This document shows positions 32,171 to 42,709 of a DNA stretch of 64,000 nucleotides, piece after piece (the first letter of the stretch is position 1; each line of letters starts with the position of its first letter). Both the position numbers and the translations under genes were made by a program. A model generated the notes under the pieces. The model saw only the letters and a list, made by a program, of their open reading frames with translations. It searched no databases and had not been told where the DNA came from. The DNA is from an uncultured Spirochaetota bacterium (GTDB lineage Bacteria > Spirochaetota > Spirochaetia > SZUA-6 > Fen-1364). The stretch spans positions 96,001 to 160,000 of the forward strand of contig CAVUXE010000029.1 in assembly GCA_963745235.1 (NCBI GenBank), read 5' to 3'.

Positions 32171-33100
32171 ATGTCGTCGAAGCGTGATTACTACGAGATC
32201 CTCGGGGTCAAAAAAGGCGCTACTCCGGAAGAGCTGAAGAAGGCGTACCGGGAGCTCGCGCTGCGCCATCATCCGGACCGTGTCCCCGCCGAGAAGAAAA
32301 AGGAAGCGGAGGACGCGTTCAAGGAAATCTCCGAGGCCTACGCGGTCCTCTCGGATCCCCAGAAGCGCGCGCTCTACGACCAGCACGGCCACTCCGGCAT
32401 CGACCAGAAATACGGCCAGGAGGACATCTTCCGGGGGACGGACTTCAGCAGCGTCTTCGAGGGGTTCGGCGACGCGGCCTGGGCGGCGGGTTCTTCGAAA
32501 ACCTGTTCGGAGACCTGGGCTTCGACATATTCAGCACGCGCGGCCGACGGCAGAGGGGCAGCTCCAGCAATGGGGCCGCACATCGCGGCAGGGACGTCGA
32601 AGTGGCAGTGCCCGTGACCCTCGAGGAAGCATATCATGGCACGGAGAAGACCCTCTCCATCCAGCGGGAAGGATCCGTGCGTTCTCTCACCGTCACCATA
32701 CCTCCCGGCGTTGATTCGGGGTCCCGGCTTCGCATCAAGGGCGAAGGGGAAGCGGGGGGAGGCGGCAGCCGGGGAGACCTGTATGCCGTTGTCGAGGTCC
32801 CTCCTCACACCACCTTCCAACGCACCGGCTCGGACCTCCAGGTGGAACGCACCATAGGCTTGACCCAGGCAATCCTTGGGACGGAGATCCGCGTGCCGAC
32901 CCTGAGCGGGGACGTCACCATGAAAGTTCCGGCCCGGCACCCAGAGCGGCAGCATCTTCCGGCTTCGGGGGAAAGGAATGCCTCACCTGAGAGGGAAGGG
33001 AACTGGGGATGAGCTGGTCAGAGTGAACGTGGAAATCCCCCGCCGCCTGACGGAGCGACAGCGGGAGCTCCTGCGGGAGTTCGAAAGCAGCGGCTCGTAA
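32171..33100 (+). CDS. dnaJ: DnaJ class B chaperone lacking the zinc finger (frameshifted)
   Basis: [13 protein letters not shown] domain; LEEAY.G, IPPGV..G.RLR, GDLY; no CXXCXGXG repeats. Confidence 0.88.
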
Positions 33101-33110
33101 CCCTCTGCGC

Positions 33111-34891
33111 TCAGCTTTTCGGCATCATCCCTTCGTAGACCACTTTTTCATCTCCATGCAGCGTGACAGTGAACCCGTCCTCCAGGATGGCCATGGCGCC
33201 GGGCACCGAGGCGATGACCGCGACATCGCTCGTCTTGCTTCGGATCTGCTCCTCGCTCAGGTACGAGGACTCTTCCAGGACGATGCCGCTGAGGCCGGTG
33301 AGGAGCGGCAGGAAATCCGGGGTCAGGAACCGGGCCAGGAGGATCTCCGAGCCGTCATGCTTCAGCCTGAGCTCCGCATCCAGGGCGTCCTCCACCCGCA
33401 CGATCCTGCCCGGACGGTAGCCGCCGAAGCCGCGCTGCGCCCTTGGCCAGCACGTTGCCGACGAAGTGGACCCTGATGGTGTTGAGCATGATGGGGGAGT
33501 GCAGCGGGATGCCCGCCACGATGACCACCTTGTCGAATGTTCTTCACCAGCCCCTTTTCCATGGCGGCGGCGAGGGCGTTGTTCTGCATGGCATCGGAAT
33601 CTTCGCCAAGATCGGCGAACAACAGGGGCACGATGCCCCAGTACAGGAGAAGCCGTCCGCTGCACGGCTTCGGACGGCGTGACGGCGATGATGTCCTGCG
33701 AGGGGCGGTACTTGCTGATCAGCCGCGGCGTGTTGCCGTGCAGGGTCGGGGCGATGATCGCCGGACGCGTGGATCTCGCGCGCCACCAGGAACGCGCTGC
33801 GGGTGACCGACTGCGCCATGTCCTCGCTCGGATCATCCAGGCGGAAGAACCGTGCGCACGCGTGACTCGTACTCGGGGGAGGCCTCCACGGTCCGCGCGA
33901 TGGAGTCCATGACCTGCACCGCCTGCACGGGGTATTTGCCGCTTGCCGTCTCCCCGGACAGCATCACCGCGTCGGAGCCGTCGAAGATGGCGTTGGCGAC
34001 GTCGGTGGCCTCCGCCCGCGTGGGGCGCGGATTGTAGATCATGGAGTCGAGCATCTGCGTGGCCGTGATGACGGTCTTGTTCTGGTCGTGGCACTTGAGG
34101 ATGATCCGCTTCTGCACCAGGGGGATTTCCTCCGTGGGAAGCTGCACGCCCAGGTCGCCGCGGGCGATCATGAGCCCGTCGGAGACGCGGATGATCTCGT
34201 CGATGTTGTCCACGCCCTCCTGGTCCTCGATCTTGGCGATGATGTGCATGTGGGAGCCCTCCGCCAGCAGGATCTGGCGGATCTCCAGGATGTCGTCAGG
34301 CTTGCGCACGAAGGAGGCGGCGACGAAATCCATGTCCTGCTTGCACCGCGAAGTCGAGGTTGTCCCTGTCCTTCTCCGTGACTGCCGGGCAGCCGGCTCT
34401 TGATGCCGATGATGTTCACGTTCTTGTGGGACCCCAGCTGGCCACCCGTGCGCACGACGCACGCGGGTCACCCGGCCCTCCACAGCGAAAACTTCCAGGT
34501 CGATGAGCCCGTCGGCAATGAGGATGTGCTTCCCCGGGGCTGACCTGGTCCGGCAGGTCCTCGTAGGTGAGGCTGATCCGCTCCGCGGTGCAGGGGGAGT
34601 CATCCGCCGCCACCATGACCTCGGTCCCCGGGTGCAGCTCGATAGCTCCCGCCGTCCGCGATGATTCCCGTGCGCACCTCGGGCCCCTTGATGTCGATGA
34701 GAAGCGCCACGGGGATGCCCGTCGCGCCGGCTGGCCTCTCTCACCCTGGCGATCATGGCGGCGTGGTAGTCGTGGTCCCCGTGGGCCATGTTGAACCGGG
34801 CCACGTTCATGCCCGCCTCCAGGAGGCGTGAGAGGACCCCGACGTCCTCCGTGGCGGGGCCGAGCGTGCACACGATGCGCGTTTTTCTCAC
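33111..34891 (-). CDS. pyk: pyruvate kinase with C-terminal PEP-utilizer-like domain (heavily frameshifted)
   Basis: [57 protein letters not shown]. Confidence 0.92.
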
Positions 34892-34923
34892 GCTGGCGAT
34901 AGTAGGAAGGGAGCGGCAGGGGG

Positions 34924-35810
34924 TCAAGGTGGGGTGAGCACCGCACCCTTTGGGCGCGGCGGAAGAGAGCCAATGACAGCCCCCGCGATTATGAGCGCCA
35001 TGGCGGCGGCGGAAACGGCGGTGAAGGGTTTGCCGCCGACTGCCACCAGCAGCAGCGTGGAAAGCAGCGGCGTCAGGTAGGAAAGGGAGCCTATCACCCG
35101 CGGGTCTCCACGCTTCAAAGAAGCATCCCAGAGGAAGAATGCCGTTCCCATGGGGCCGAGCCCGAGCAGGAGGAGAAACAGCCAGTCGGCGCCCTGGATC
35201 GCTCGAAAGCCCCCGGGGCCTGATTCCGCGAGAAAGACCCCGAGGGCCAGCAGGCCGGAGCACAGGCAGAACCCTCCGACGGCTCCGCTTCGAAACGGGG
35301 GAAGGCGCTTGGTGAGAAGTGAATAGAGGGCCCAGATCAGGGCCGCCGCGGCTGCCGCAAGATAGCCCGGAAGGTTGACGGCATCCAGGCTGATCGATCC
35401 GCCCGTGACAATCAGCCCGGCCCCCGCCAGCCCGGCCAGGACGCCAAGGATGTGCCGCGGCCGCAAGCCGTAGCCCCTCAGGACCACGGGAGAAAGGACG
35501 ACAATCAGCAGGGGCCACAGGTAATTGATGAGGTTTGCCTCCACGGTGGGGGCGTTGCGAAACGCCGTGAAGAGAAGGAAATGGTAGCCGAATATGCCGC
35601 CCGCCCCGACGCAGAACGTCCTCACCGGGACCCTCCAGTCCCGTCACCCTGAGAAGCCCGATTGCCCCGCCGACGCTCAGGGCAACACCGGTGACGAGCA
35701 GCGGCGGCAGTTTCACAACACGTGATCCCAGGAGGGCAAGAAAGCCCCACAGCCCGATGGCGGAAAGAGCCAGGAGCGTGGCGGCCGGACCTCCGGGTAG
35801 TGTCCTTCAT
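34924..35810 (-). CDS. DMT/EamA family transporter (frameshifted)
   Basis: [33 protein letters not shown]. Confidence 0.85.
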
Positions 35811-37055
35811 GCTCGTGCCGTCCACGCCGGGAGCTTCTCCAGGGCCTCGAGGACCAGCCGGGCACAAGCGTCGCGCTCCGCACCCACGGCATCGCTGCCC
35901 CAGATCCGGGAAAGGAGCTCCAGCGGAGGCCCGGGCTCTTTTTCCACCGCCCCCGCGAAGGAGAGAGCGGCAGCCGCGCCGAGCGCCATTGCCCGGGGCT
36001 CGATCCCCTGTTCCATCGCAATCCGCATTGTCCCAAAAAGCCGGTCACTCCAGCCGAGCTTTCTCACCGGGTCCCTGATGATCCGTTCCACGCTGTCGTG
36101 CAGCCACGGATTTGTCATGCGCTGGAGGAGGTCCTCGGCATATGCGGACCAACCGGGCAGGCGTAAAAAGCGGCTCTCCACCGGCCGCTCCCCCGTGTTT
36201 TCTCACGAGCGCTGCCCCGGATTCTTCCAGGAATGCCTGTCCACCCAGGGAAAGGAGTGCAAAGTCCTGCCTGATGGTGCTCATCACCGAATGGCCCCGG
36301 AGTCGGGCGAGGTATCCCAGCAGGGCGTGGATGGCGTTGTGGCCGTAGAGCTTGGCCTCCTCGAAGGGAAGCAGATCGGTCTTTTCCTCGAAGACCCGGA
36401 TTCCCCGAACGAAGCCGGGCAGCGTCACGCGGGACACGAGTATCCTGTTGAACTCCTCCACCAGGACGCACTTGTTGAAACCGGGGACGAGAGGCGAGAG
36501 GCCCAGCTCCCTCATTTCTCTTTCCGAGCTGATCACTCCGCTCATTTTCCCGATGACCGTGTTGAGGACCTGCAGGCCTGAGAGATCACGGCCGGATGAC
36601 CGGTTGGCAACTTCTTTCGAAAGCTTCTCAGCGGCAAAGTTGTCGTTTTCCGCCGTATAGATGATCCTCTGCCTGCCGGGGATCGCCCCCTCCGCCAGTA
36701 TGGCCGCTATGGAGGAGTCGCCGCCGGCGGAATACAATGAGACGCTGGGGACAGCTGTGGCCATTTCCTCTGAATCACGGACTGCTGCAACCAGCTCTTT
36801 CCTGTCCGCCGGCACGCGCGGGTTGCAGAGCCTGATGCCGGACAACTTCTTCGCTCGAACCCCGTCACGGCCGGCGACGTTGATCGTAACCGAGCTCCCG
36901 TTTGTCCGCACGGCATCCACGAGCCCCTGGTCCACCTCCGCGACAGTCAAGCCATCGAAGCTGCCGGATTCGATTGCCTCGCACAGCATCAGGCCCGCCT
37001 GGATTGGTCCGAAGCCGAACCCGACAAAGCGTCTGCCCCTTACCGTTTCTCCCAT
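35807..37055 (-). CDS. mannitol/polyol-phosphate dehydrogenase family protein (frameshift near 36160)
   Basis: GFGFGPIQ, TAV, AEN, VIGKM, EAKLYGHNAIHA, R..NP.L.D...R..RDP.RKL...DRL. Confidence 0.75.
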
Positions 37056-37099
37056 GCCGCGCAAAATAGCACGGGAAGGAAGGCGAGAAAAGCGGCCCG

Positions 37100-37696
37100 C
37101 TACCAGTCGATGGCGATTCCAGCCGACAAAGTGACCTGAACGTTTCCCAGGGGGTAGCTGCTGATGGATGGTGCCGGCGGCGAGGTCATGAAAGGCGCGT
37201 AGGACACTTTGCCGGAAACGAGAAAGCCGCTGAGATCGAGGGACAGGCCCGCGGCGACAAAGGGATAGATGGAAAGGTACAGGTTGCCGGTGGCATCGCC
37301 CGTCCACTGATCCAGATACACACGCCCCGCGCAGCCCACCCCGGCCTGGATGAAAGGGTCCAGGAAGTATCCGCTTCGGAAGGGGTGGTAGCTGAGGAAG
37401 AGCGGCTGTGTCATCCAGTCCACCCACCAGGGCCCCTGCGGCGTTCGAGAGAAGCTTGCGCCGTACTGTCCTCCGAATCCCACTCTTCCAATGATCACTT
37501 CCCAGCCCACGCCGCCGAAGGGGGGCTGGCCGGGGCTCGAGAAAGTGTCTATAATCTGCTGGGCGCTGGGTCCCTTCAAATAGTCCGCTTGAAGGTTGCC
37601 CGTCAGGTGAACGGAACCCGCGAATGCAGGGGTCCCGGATGCGGCAATGGCCAACGCGAGCATCGCGGCGGTGATGGCAAAAGCCCTGAACTTCAT
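37100..37696 (-). CDS. exported hypothetical protein, probable small outer-membrane beta-barrel
   Basis: Signal peptide, alternating beta-strand pattern, C-terminal aromatic (GIAIDW); GGAGG RBS. Confidence 0.55.
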   Translation of the reverse strand: MKFRAFAITAAMLALAIAASGTPAFAGSVHLTGNLQADYLKGPSAQQIIDTFSSPGQPPFGGVGWEVIIGRVGFGGQYGASFSRTPQGPWWVDWMTQPLFLSYHPFRSGYFLDPFIQAGVGCAGRVYLDQWTGDATGNLYLSIYPFVAAGLSLDLSGFLVSGKVSYAPFMTSPPAPSISSYPLGNVQVTLSAGIAIDW

Positions 37697-37808
37697 GAAA
37701 AGCCTCCTCCGAAGATCGTGATGTAATTTCGAACACCGGGTGCGCGGCCGAGTGTCACGGCGTGGCGTTTTTCGTGTTACAGAGATTGATGAGCGGGAGA
37801 AGAAGCTT

Positions 37809-38294
37809 TTGGCAGTCGACGTGGAGAGTCTCTACAGGAAGTACGGGCCCATGGTGCTCCGCAGGTGTCGTTCTCTCCTGCTCGACGAAGAACAGGCCCT
37901 GGACGCCATGCAGGAGACCTTCGTGAAGCTCATCCGCTATCGTGAGAGGCTCACCGACAAGGCCCCTTCCAGCATGCTGTACTGCATCGCGACGAACGTG
38001 TGCCTGAACATGATGCGTAGCTCGCGCCGCCGGCCCCAGTCTGCCGGTGACGACGCCCTGGATCGCATCGCCTCCTCGGAGGACGTTGAGGCGCGCGTCC
38101 TTGACCGCCATCTCCTGGACAGCATCTTCGGCAGGGAGCGGGCCTCCACCCGGACCATGGCTGTGCTGCATTACGTGGACGGCATGACGCTGGAGGAAGT
38201 CGCGAAGCACGTCGGGCTGTCTGTGTCCGGGGTGCGGAAAAGGCTGCGCCTGCTCAAGGAGCGCACCCGCGCCCTGGGGGAGGCGTCGCCGTGA
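37809..38294 (+). CDS. ECF sigma-70 factor
   Basis: LYRKYGPMV, DAMQETFV, IATNVCLN (region 2); DGMTLEEVA..VG.SVSGVRKRL (region 4). Confidence 0.92.
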   Translation: MAVDVESLYRKYGPMVLRRCRSLLLDEEQALDAMQETFVKLIRYRERLTDKAPSSMLYCIATNVCLNMMRSSRRRPQSAGDDALDRIASSEDVEARVLDRHLLDSIFGRERASTRTMAVLHYVDGMTLEEVAKHVGLSVSGVRKRLRLLKERTRALGEASP

Positions 38295-39157
38295 AGCGGA
38301 TATCCGATCTTCTCCTGGAGCAATACGTCCTCGGTGAGCTGCCTCCGGAGGTTGCTGGAGAGGTTCGTGAGGAGCTCGCACGGGATCCTTCCCTGCGGGC
38401 CCGACACGAGTCAATCATCAGGTCCGACAAGGAAATCCTGGAGCGTTACCCTCCGGCCGACATTGCAGAGTCCGTTGGAGCAAGGCTCCGGGAAAAACAG
38501 AAACAGCCGGCGGATGACAGACCGGCAGATGGAGAGCAGGCCGCCGAAGGCCCAGGCGGAGGGAGCGGCGGAATCTCATCCAGCCTGGAGCCCGCCGGGC
38601 GTTGGGCGCTGCAGCTGGCAATCGGTCTTCCCGCGGCTGCCATTGTTCTCCTGGTCTTTTCATTCTTCATTTTCCGTGAACGCCTGGCCCCGGACGAAAC
38701 CAGGATGAAAGGCCTCTCCCCCCATTTGACCGCGTTCCTGAAGACCGCGAAGGGCGCGCAGGACCTCGCCCCCGGTTCCCTCGTTGGACGGGGCGACGTG
38801 ATCCAGCTCAGCTACACAGCCGGGGAAGCCAGGTTCGGTGTCATCCTCTGGGTTGACGGGCGCGGGGCAATCACGTGGCTCCTGCCCCCGGGCTACAACG
38901 GGTCCCCGCGCGGCGCTCCGCTTCTGGACCGGCAGGGACAGGTGATCCTTCCCACCGCATACGAGCTGGACGATGCTCCGGGGTTTGAACGGTTCTTCTT
39001 TGTCTACTCGGAGAATTCCTTTGACGTGGCCGTCGCAGCGGACGCAGCGCGCGCTCTTTCTTCGCGCGCGGGCTCCGCCGAAAAGCTGGACCTTGCCCTG
39101 CCTGCGGGGGTGAGGCAGTACTCCCTTCTCCTGAAGAAACGGGGCCCGACGCCATGA
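38291..39157 (+). CDS. putative membrane anti-sigma factor with DUF4384/ActD-like extracytoplasmic domain
   Basis: N-terminal LEQYVLGEL anti-sigma-like helix, one TM, TRMKG, GDVIQL.Y, VDGRG, YELDDAPGFERF; GTGA overlap with the sigma gene. Confidence 0.7.
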   Translation: MKRISDLLLEQYVLGELPPEVAGEVREELARDPSLRARHESIIRSDKEILERYPPADIAESVGARLREKQKQPADDRPADGEQAAEGPGGGSGGISSSLEPAGRWALQLAIGLPAAAIVLLVFSFFIFRERLAPDETRMKGLSPHLTAFLKTAKGAQDLAPGSLVGRGDVIQLSYTAGEARFGVILWVDGRGAITWLLPPGYNGSPRGAPLLDRQGQVILPTAYELDDAPGFERFFFVYSENSFDVAVAADAARALSSRAGSAEKLDLALPAGVRQYSLLLKKRGPTP

Positions 39158-41409
39158 GGACCCGGGCGCTCCTGGCCGCGGTCCTTGCATGCGCCGTGCT
39201 GCTGCCTGCCGCCGCGGAAGAGCCGCTTCCCCTGCGCAGGTTCGCCCTCGTCGCCGGCTCCAACGACGGCGGACCCCAGCTTGTGCGCCTGAGATACGCC
39301 GAGTCTGATGCCCGCTCGTTCGCGGACGTCATGGAGGAGCTGGGCGGGGTGCGCTCGGAAGACCTGGTGCTCGTTGTCGGCCCGGACCTCTCGCGGTTGC
39401 AGTCCGCGTTCCTCCGCGTCCAGCAGATGGTGAACGCCGTCTCGGGGAGCCAGGAGCGCAGCGAGCTCATCGTCTACTATTCCGGGCATTCGGATGACGA
39501 GGGCCTGATCCTGGGGGCCGAGCGTTTTGCATGGGAGGCGCTCAGAAACCAGATCAGCGGCATCCAGGCGGACGTGAAAGTGGCTATCCTGGACTCCTGC
39601 TCTTCCGGATCCCTTACACGGGCCAAGGGAGGAGTGGCTCGGCCGGCATTTCTCTTCGATGCCTCCGCGGACATGAAGGGCCACGCGTACCTGACATCGA
39701 GCTCCGCGGAGGAGGCCGCCCAGGAGTCCGACAGGATAGGCGGCTCCTTCTTCACGCATTACCTGATCTCGGGCCTGCGGGGAGCGGCGGACACGGTGGG
39801 GGACGGGGTGGTCACGCTGAACGAGGCGTACGCCTTTGCCTTCCAGGAAACGCTTGCCTCCACGGAAAAGACGCAGTACGGACCCCAGCATCCGGCCTAT
39901 GACATCAACCTGACGGGCTCGGGCGACCTGGTCCTCACGGATCTCAGGGCCGCCTCCGCGCGGTTGGCCGTTGCTGAAGACGTGGCCGGCCGGCTTTACT
40001 TGCGCAACGACCGCGGGGCCCTTGCCGTGGAGCTGAACAAGGTGGAAGGTCAGCGCGTGGAGCTGGGCCTGGAGCCGGGCACCTACAACGTCCTGCTGGA
40101 CGCCAGGACGGGCCGGCTGGGCACTCAGCTTCGCATTGCGGCGCACCAGCGTTCCCTGCTCTCACTCTCCTCTTTTCACAGGGTATCGGTTGACCGGGCT
40201 GCTGCCCGGGGCGGGGCCGGGTATGCGCCTGCGGATGGCCAATCGGAGGATCAGACCCGGCAGAATGACCCCGTGGCGGCGGCCGCCGCCATGGGGGCAG
40301 CGGTCGGAGCGGCCGTCGGAAAGGCAGTTGCGACGGCAATCACGACAACGGTGGACGCCGTGGGTGGGCACCGCTCCTCCTCTGCTCCGCCGGATGAGGG
40401 GGCGCCGTCGCCGGCCGCCACCGAGCAGAGCTCACAGGACCAGCGCTACCAGCCGTTCCACTTCACCCTGCTGCCCGACATCACTGACGGGGTGTTCGCT
40501 TCCCGGGACAACCATTCGATCACTTTCAATCTCCTCGTCGGCGTTTCCTCATCGACGCACGGATTCGAAGTGGGGAGCCTTGCCAACTTCGAGTCGCGCG
40601 ACATGGTGGGATTCCAGGCAGCGGGGCTTGGCAACGTGGTCCTCGGGGACACCAGCGGCTTCCAGGGCGCCGGGCTCGTGAATATCGTTGGCGGCGATGT
40701 GAGATTTGTCCAGGCGGCGGGTCTGGCCAACGTGGGGATGGGAGACGTTCACGGCGCGCAGGTCGCAGGGCTCTTCAACTGGGCCAAAGAGGGGGTCTGG
40801 GGCGCCCAGATATCGGGCATCGGCAACTGGGGCGGCGATGTCAGGGGCCCGCAGATCAGCGTGATCAACATAGCGGACACGGTGTCAGGAGCGCAGATCG
40901 GAATAGTGAACATTGCCGGGCACGTTTCGGGGGTCCAGGTCGGAATCGTGAACTTCTCTCGGGAGATAGACGGCGTGCCGCTCGGGCTCGTTTCCATCGA
41001 GGAAAGAGGGCGGCACAAAATGGATGTCTGGTGGGACTCGGACGGGAGCTGGAACGGCTCCATCTCCCTGGGCAGCAGGTATTTCTACACCGTTTTCAGC
41101 GCTGGATGGGTTCCCTATTCCGCACCCGCCGCGTGGACCCTGGGGGCCGGCGTCGGTGTCCGCGCGCCCCTGGGCCGTCTCTTTGCCGACATGGATGTGT
41201 CAGTCCTTGCCGACCAGGGCTCTTTCAGGGAAGCGGCAAGCCCGAACCCTTCCGACTTCCATCCAAGGCTGCGCGCCGTGCTGGGGATCCCGATTTTCGG
41301 CGAGCTCGCAGTCGAGGCGGGAGTTGTGGTGAAGATGAACCTGCCAGACGGCGTGGTCTCCACGGTCACGACGTACACCCCGGAGCTGATCTGCGGACTT
41401 CAGATATAG
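39154..41409 (+). CDS. exported caspase-family (peptidase C14) protein with G.Q..G..N repeats and C-terminal beta-rich domain
   Basis: Signal peptide; FALVAGSN, LRYAESDA, YYSGHS (His), ILDSCSSG (Cys), QES...GSFFT; LA_2272-like repeats. Confidence 0.85.
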   Translation: MRTRALLAAVLACAVLLPAAAEEPLPLRRFALVAGSNDGGPQLVRLRYAESDARSFADVMEELGGVRSEDLVLVVGPDLSRLQSAFLRVQQMVNAVSGSQERSELIVYYSGHSDDEGLILGAERFAWEALRNQISGIQADVKVAILDSCSSGSLTRAKGGVARPAFLFDASADMKGHAYLTSSSAEEAAQESDRIGGSFFTHYLISGLRGAADTVGDGVVTLNEAYAFAFQETLASTEKTQYGPQHPAYDINLTGSGDLVLTDLRAASARLAVAEDVAGRLYLRNDRGALAVELNKVEGQRVELGLEPGTYNVLLDARTGRLGTQLRIAAHQRSLLSLSSFHRVSVDRAAARGGAGYAPADGQSEDQTRQNDPVAAAAAMGAAVGAAVGKAVATAITTTVDAVGGHRSSSAPPDEGAPSPAATEQSSQDQRYQPFHFTLLPDITDGVFASRDNHSITFNLLVGVSSSTHGFEVGSLANFESRDMVGFQAAGLGNVVLGDTSGFQGAGLVNIVGGDVRFVQAAGLANVGMGDVHGAQVAGLFNWAKEGVWGAQISGIGNWGGDVRGPQISVINIADTVSGAQIGIVNIAGHVSGVQVGIVNFSREIDGVPLGLVSIEERGRHKMDVWWDSDGSWNGSISLGSRYFYTVFSAGWVPYSAPAAWTLGAGVGVRAPLGRLFADMDVSVLADQGSFREAASPNPSDFHPRLRAVLGIPIFGELAVEAGVVVKMNLPDGVVSTVTTYTPELICGLQI

Positions 41410-41437
41410 CGATTCACCGCGATCTCGGGCGCCTGTC

Positions 41438-42358
41438 CTACAACTTTCGGACGGTGATCGGTCCGCTGGTCGTGGTGACATCCATGCGGCCGGAGCCGCT
41501 GCCCACCCTTCCCTCGAGCCAGTTGCGCCGCTGCTCCGTGGCCGCGAGGGGGAGCTCACAGGAGATCCCTCCGCTGACTGAATGCAGTGAGACAATGGCG
41601 TCGAGACCCGAAGGCGCGTCCAGCCCGACTCCGCCGGACACGGTGCGCACGCTGACGGAGCCGCCCTGGTCCAGGGACGCGATCCGCCCTTCGATGGACC
41701 CCGACACCGTATGCGCGTCCAGCCTGCTGCCGGCGAACACGAACTGAACCGATCCGCTGGTGGAGGATGCGTCCAGGTTTCTTGCGCCGCTGGTCTCAAT
41801 GGAACCTGATATCGTCGAAAGATTCTGATCGATGCCCTCGCCCACGCCCCGCACCGTGACGCTTCCACTGACAGAGTGCGCCTCGATTGTCTTGATCCCC
41901 CGGGGCAGGGTGATGACGAAGGAGACCGTACCGGCGCTCATGACGAATCCGCCCGCGTGGCGCTCCTCGATCAACAGCCGGTCACCGCGCTTCTCAATGG
42001 CGACGTTCAGGTTTTCCATTGCCGCGGGAAACATCGCGGTTTTCACGGCGTGGATCCCTACGTTGCTCCCCGTGTCGTTGCCCGGCGTGGGGCCCTGGAT
42101 GTCGATCCCGCCGGCGATGTTCCGGATCTCCACCGTCGTAAAGTCGCCGGAAACCTGTTCCTCCTTCTCTTCCCGCAGCCATCCGCCTCGTTGAAAAGAC
42201 CTTTCGTTCCAGAACCTTTTCATCTCAGGGCCGCCCGCCGGAAAGGAGAAGGCTCGTCCGCGGAAAATGAGGGCAATGCTGGCAATGACCACGACGAGCA
42301 CCATCGCCCCCATGGTGATGCCGACGATGTCTATCGGGCTAAGTCTTGTTCGATTCAT
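41438..42358 (-). CDS. DUF4097 beta-strand repeat (adhesin-like) membrane protein
   Basis: N-terminal TM, repeated T/S-V/I-S-G-S-V/I units. Confidence 0.82.
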   Translation of the reverse strand: MNRTRLSPIDIVGITMGAMVLVVVIASIALIFRGRAFSFPAGGPEMKRFWNERSFQRGGWLREEKEEQVSGDFTTVEIRNIAGGIDIQGPTPGNDTGSNVGIHAVKTAMFPAAMENLNVAIEKRGDRLLIEERHAGGFVMSAGTVSFVITLPRGIKTIEAHSVSGSVTVRGVGEGIDQNLSTISGSIETSGARNLDASSTSGSVQFVFAGSRLDAHTVSGSIEGRIASLDQGGSVSVRTVSGGVGLDAPSGLDAIVSLHSVSGGISCELPLAATEQRRNWLEGRVGSGSGRMDVTTTSGPITVRKL

Positions 42359-42620
42359 CCATCTTCTCCATTTCGCGCCTTGCCACGCGGTCCACGAGGG
42401 TACCCGACTGGTAGAGGAAGGCGGAAAGGAAATGCGATGCCACTCCGATTCCCCATCCGAGGGCGGGCCACAGCCACCACTGGTATCCGCCCCAGGTCAC
42501 GTTATTGATGAGGGCCAGCCCTCCGATAACCAGCAGGTAGATTGCCGCGTGGCGTATGAAGCCCACCTTCCGTTCGGCGATCTTTCTTGCCAGCTTGTAC
42601 TTCTCATTCGCATCAGACAT
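42339..42620 (-). CDS. 2TM domain protein
   Basis: GFIRHAAIYLLV...IN...WWLWPALGWGIGVASH. Confidence 0.85.
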   Translation of the reverse strand: MSDANEKYKLARKIAERKVGFIRHAAIYLLVIGGLALINNVTWGGYQWWLWPALGWGIGVASHFLSAFLYQSGTLVDRVARREMEKMDESNKT

Positions 42621-42709
42621 CGCTGTCCCCCTCGCGCTGTAAGTTGGTTCCATAGTGCAACACCGAAAGGCGTCTTCACAGTCCCCCGCGGCCGGGCTAT
42701 AAATGGCGC

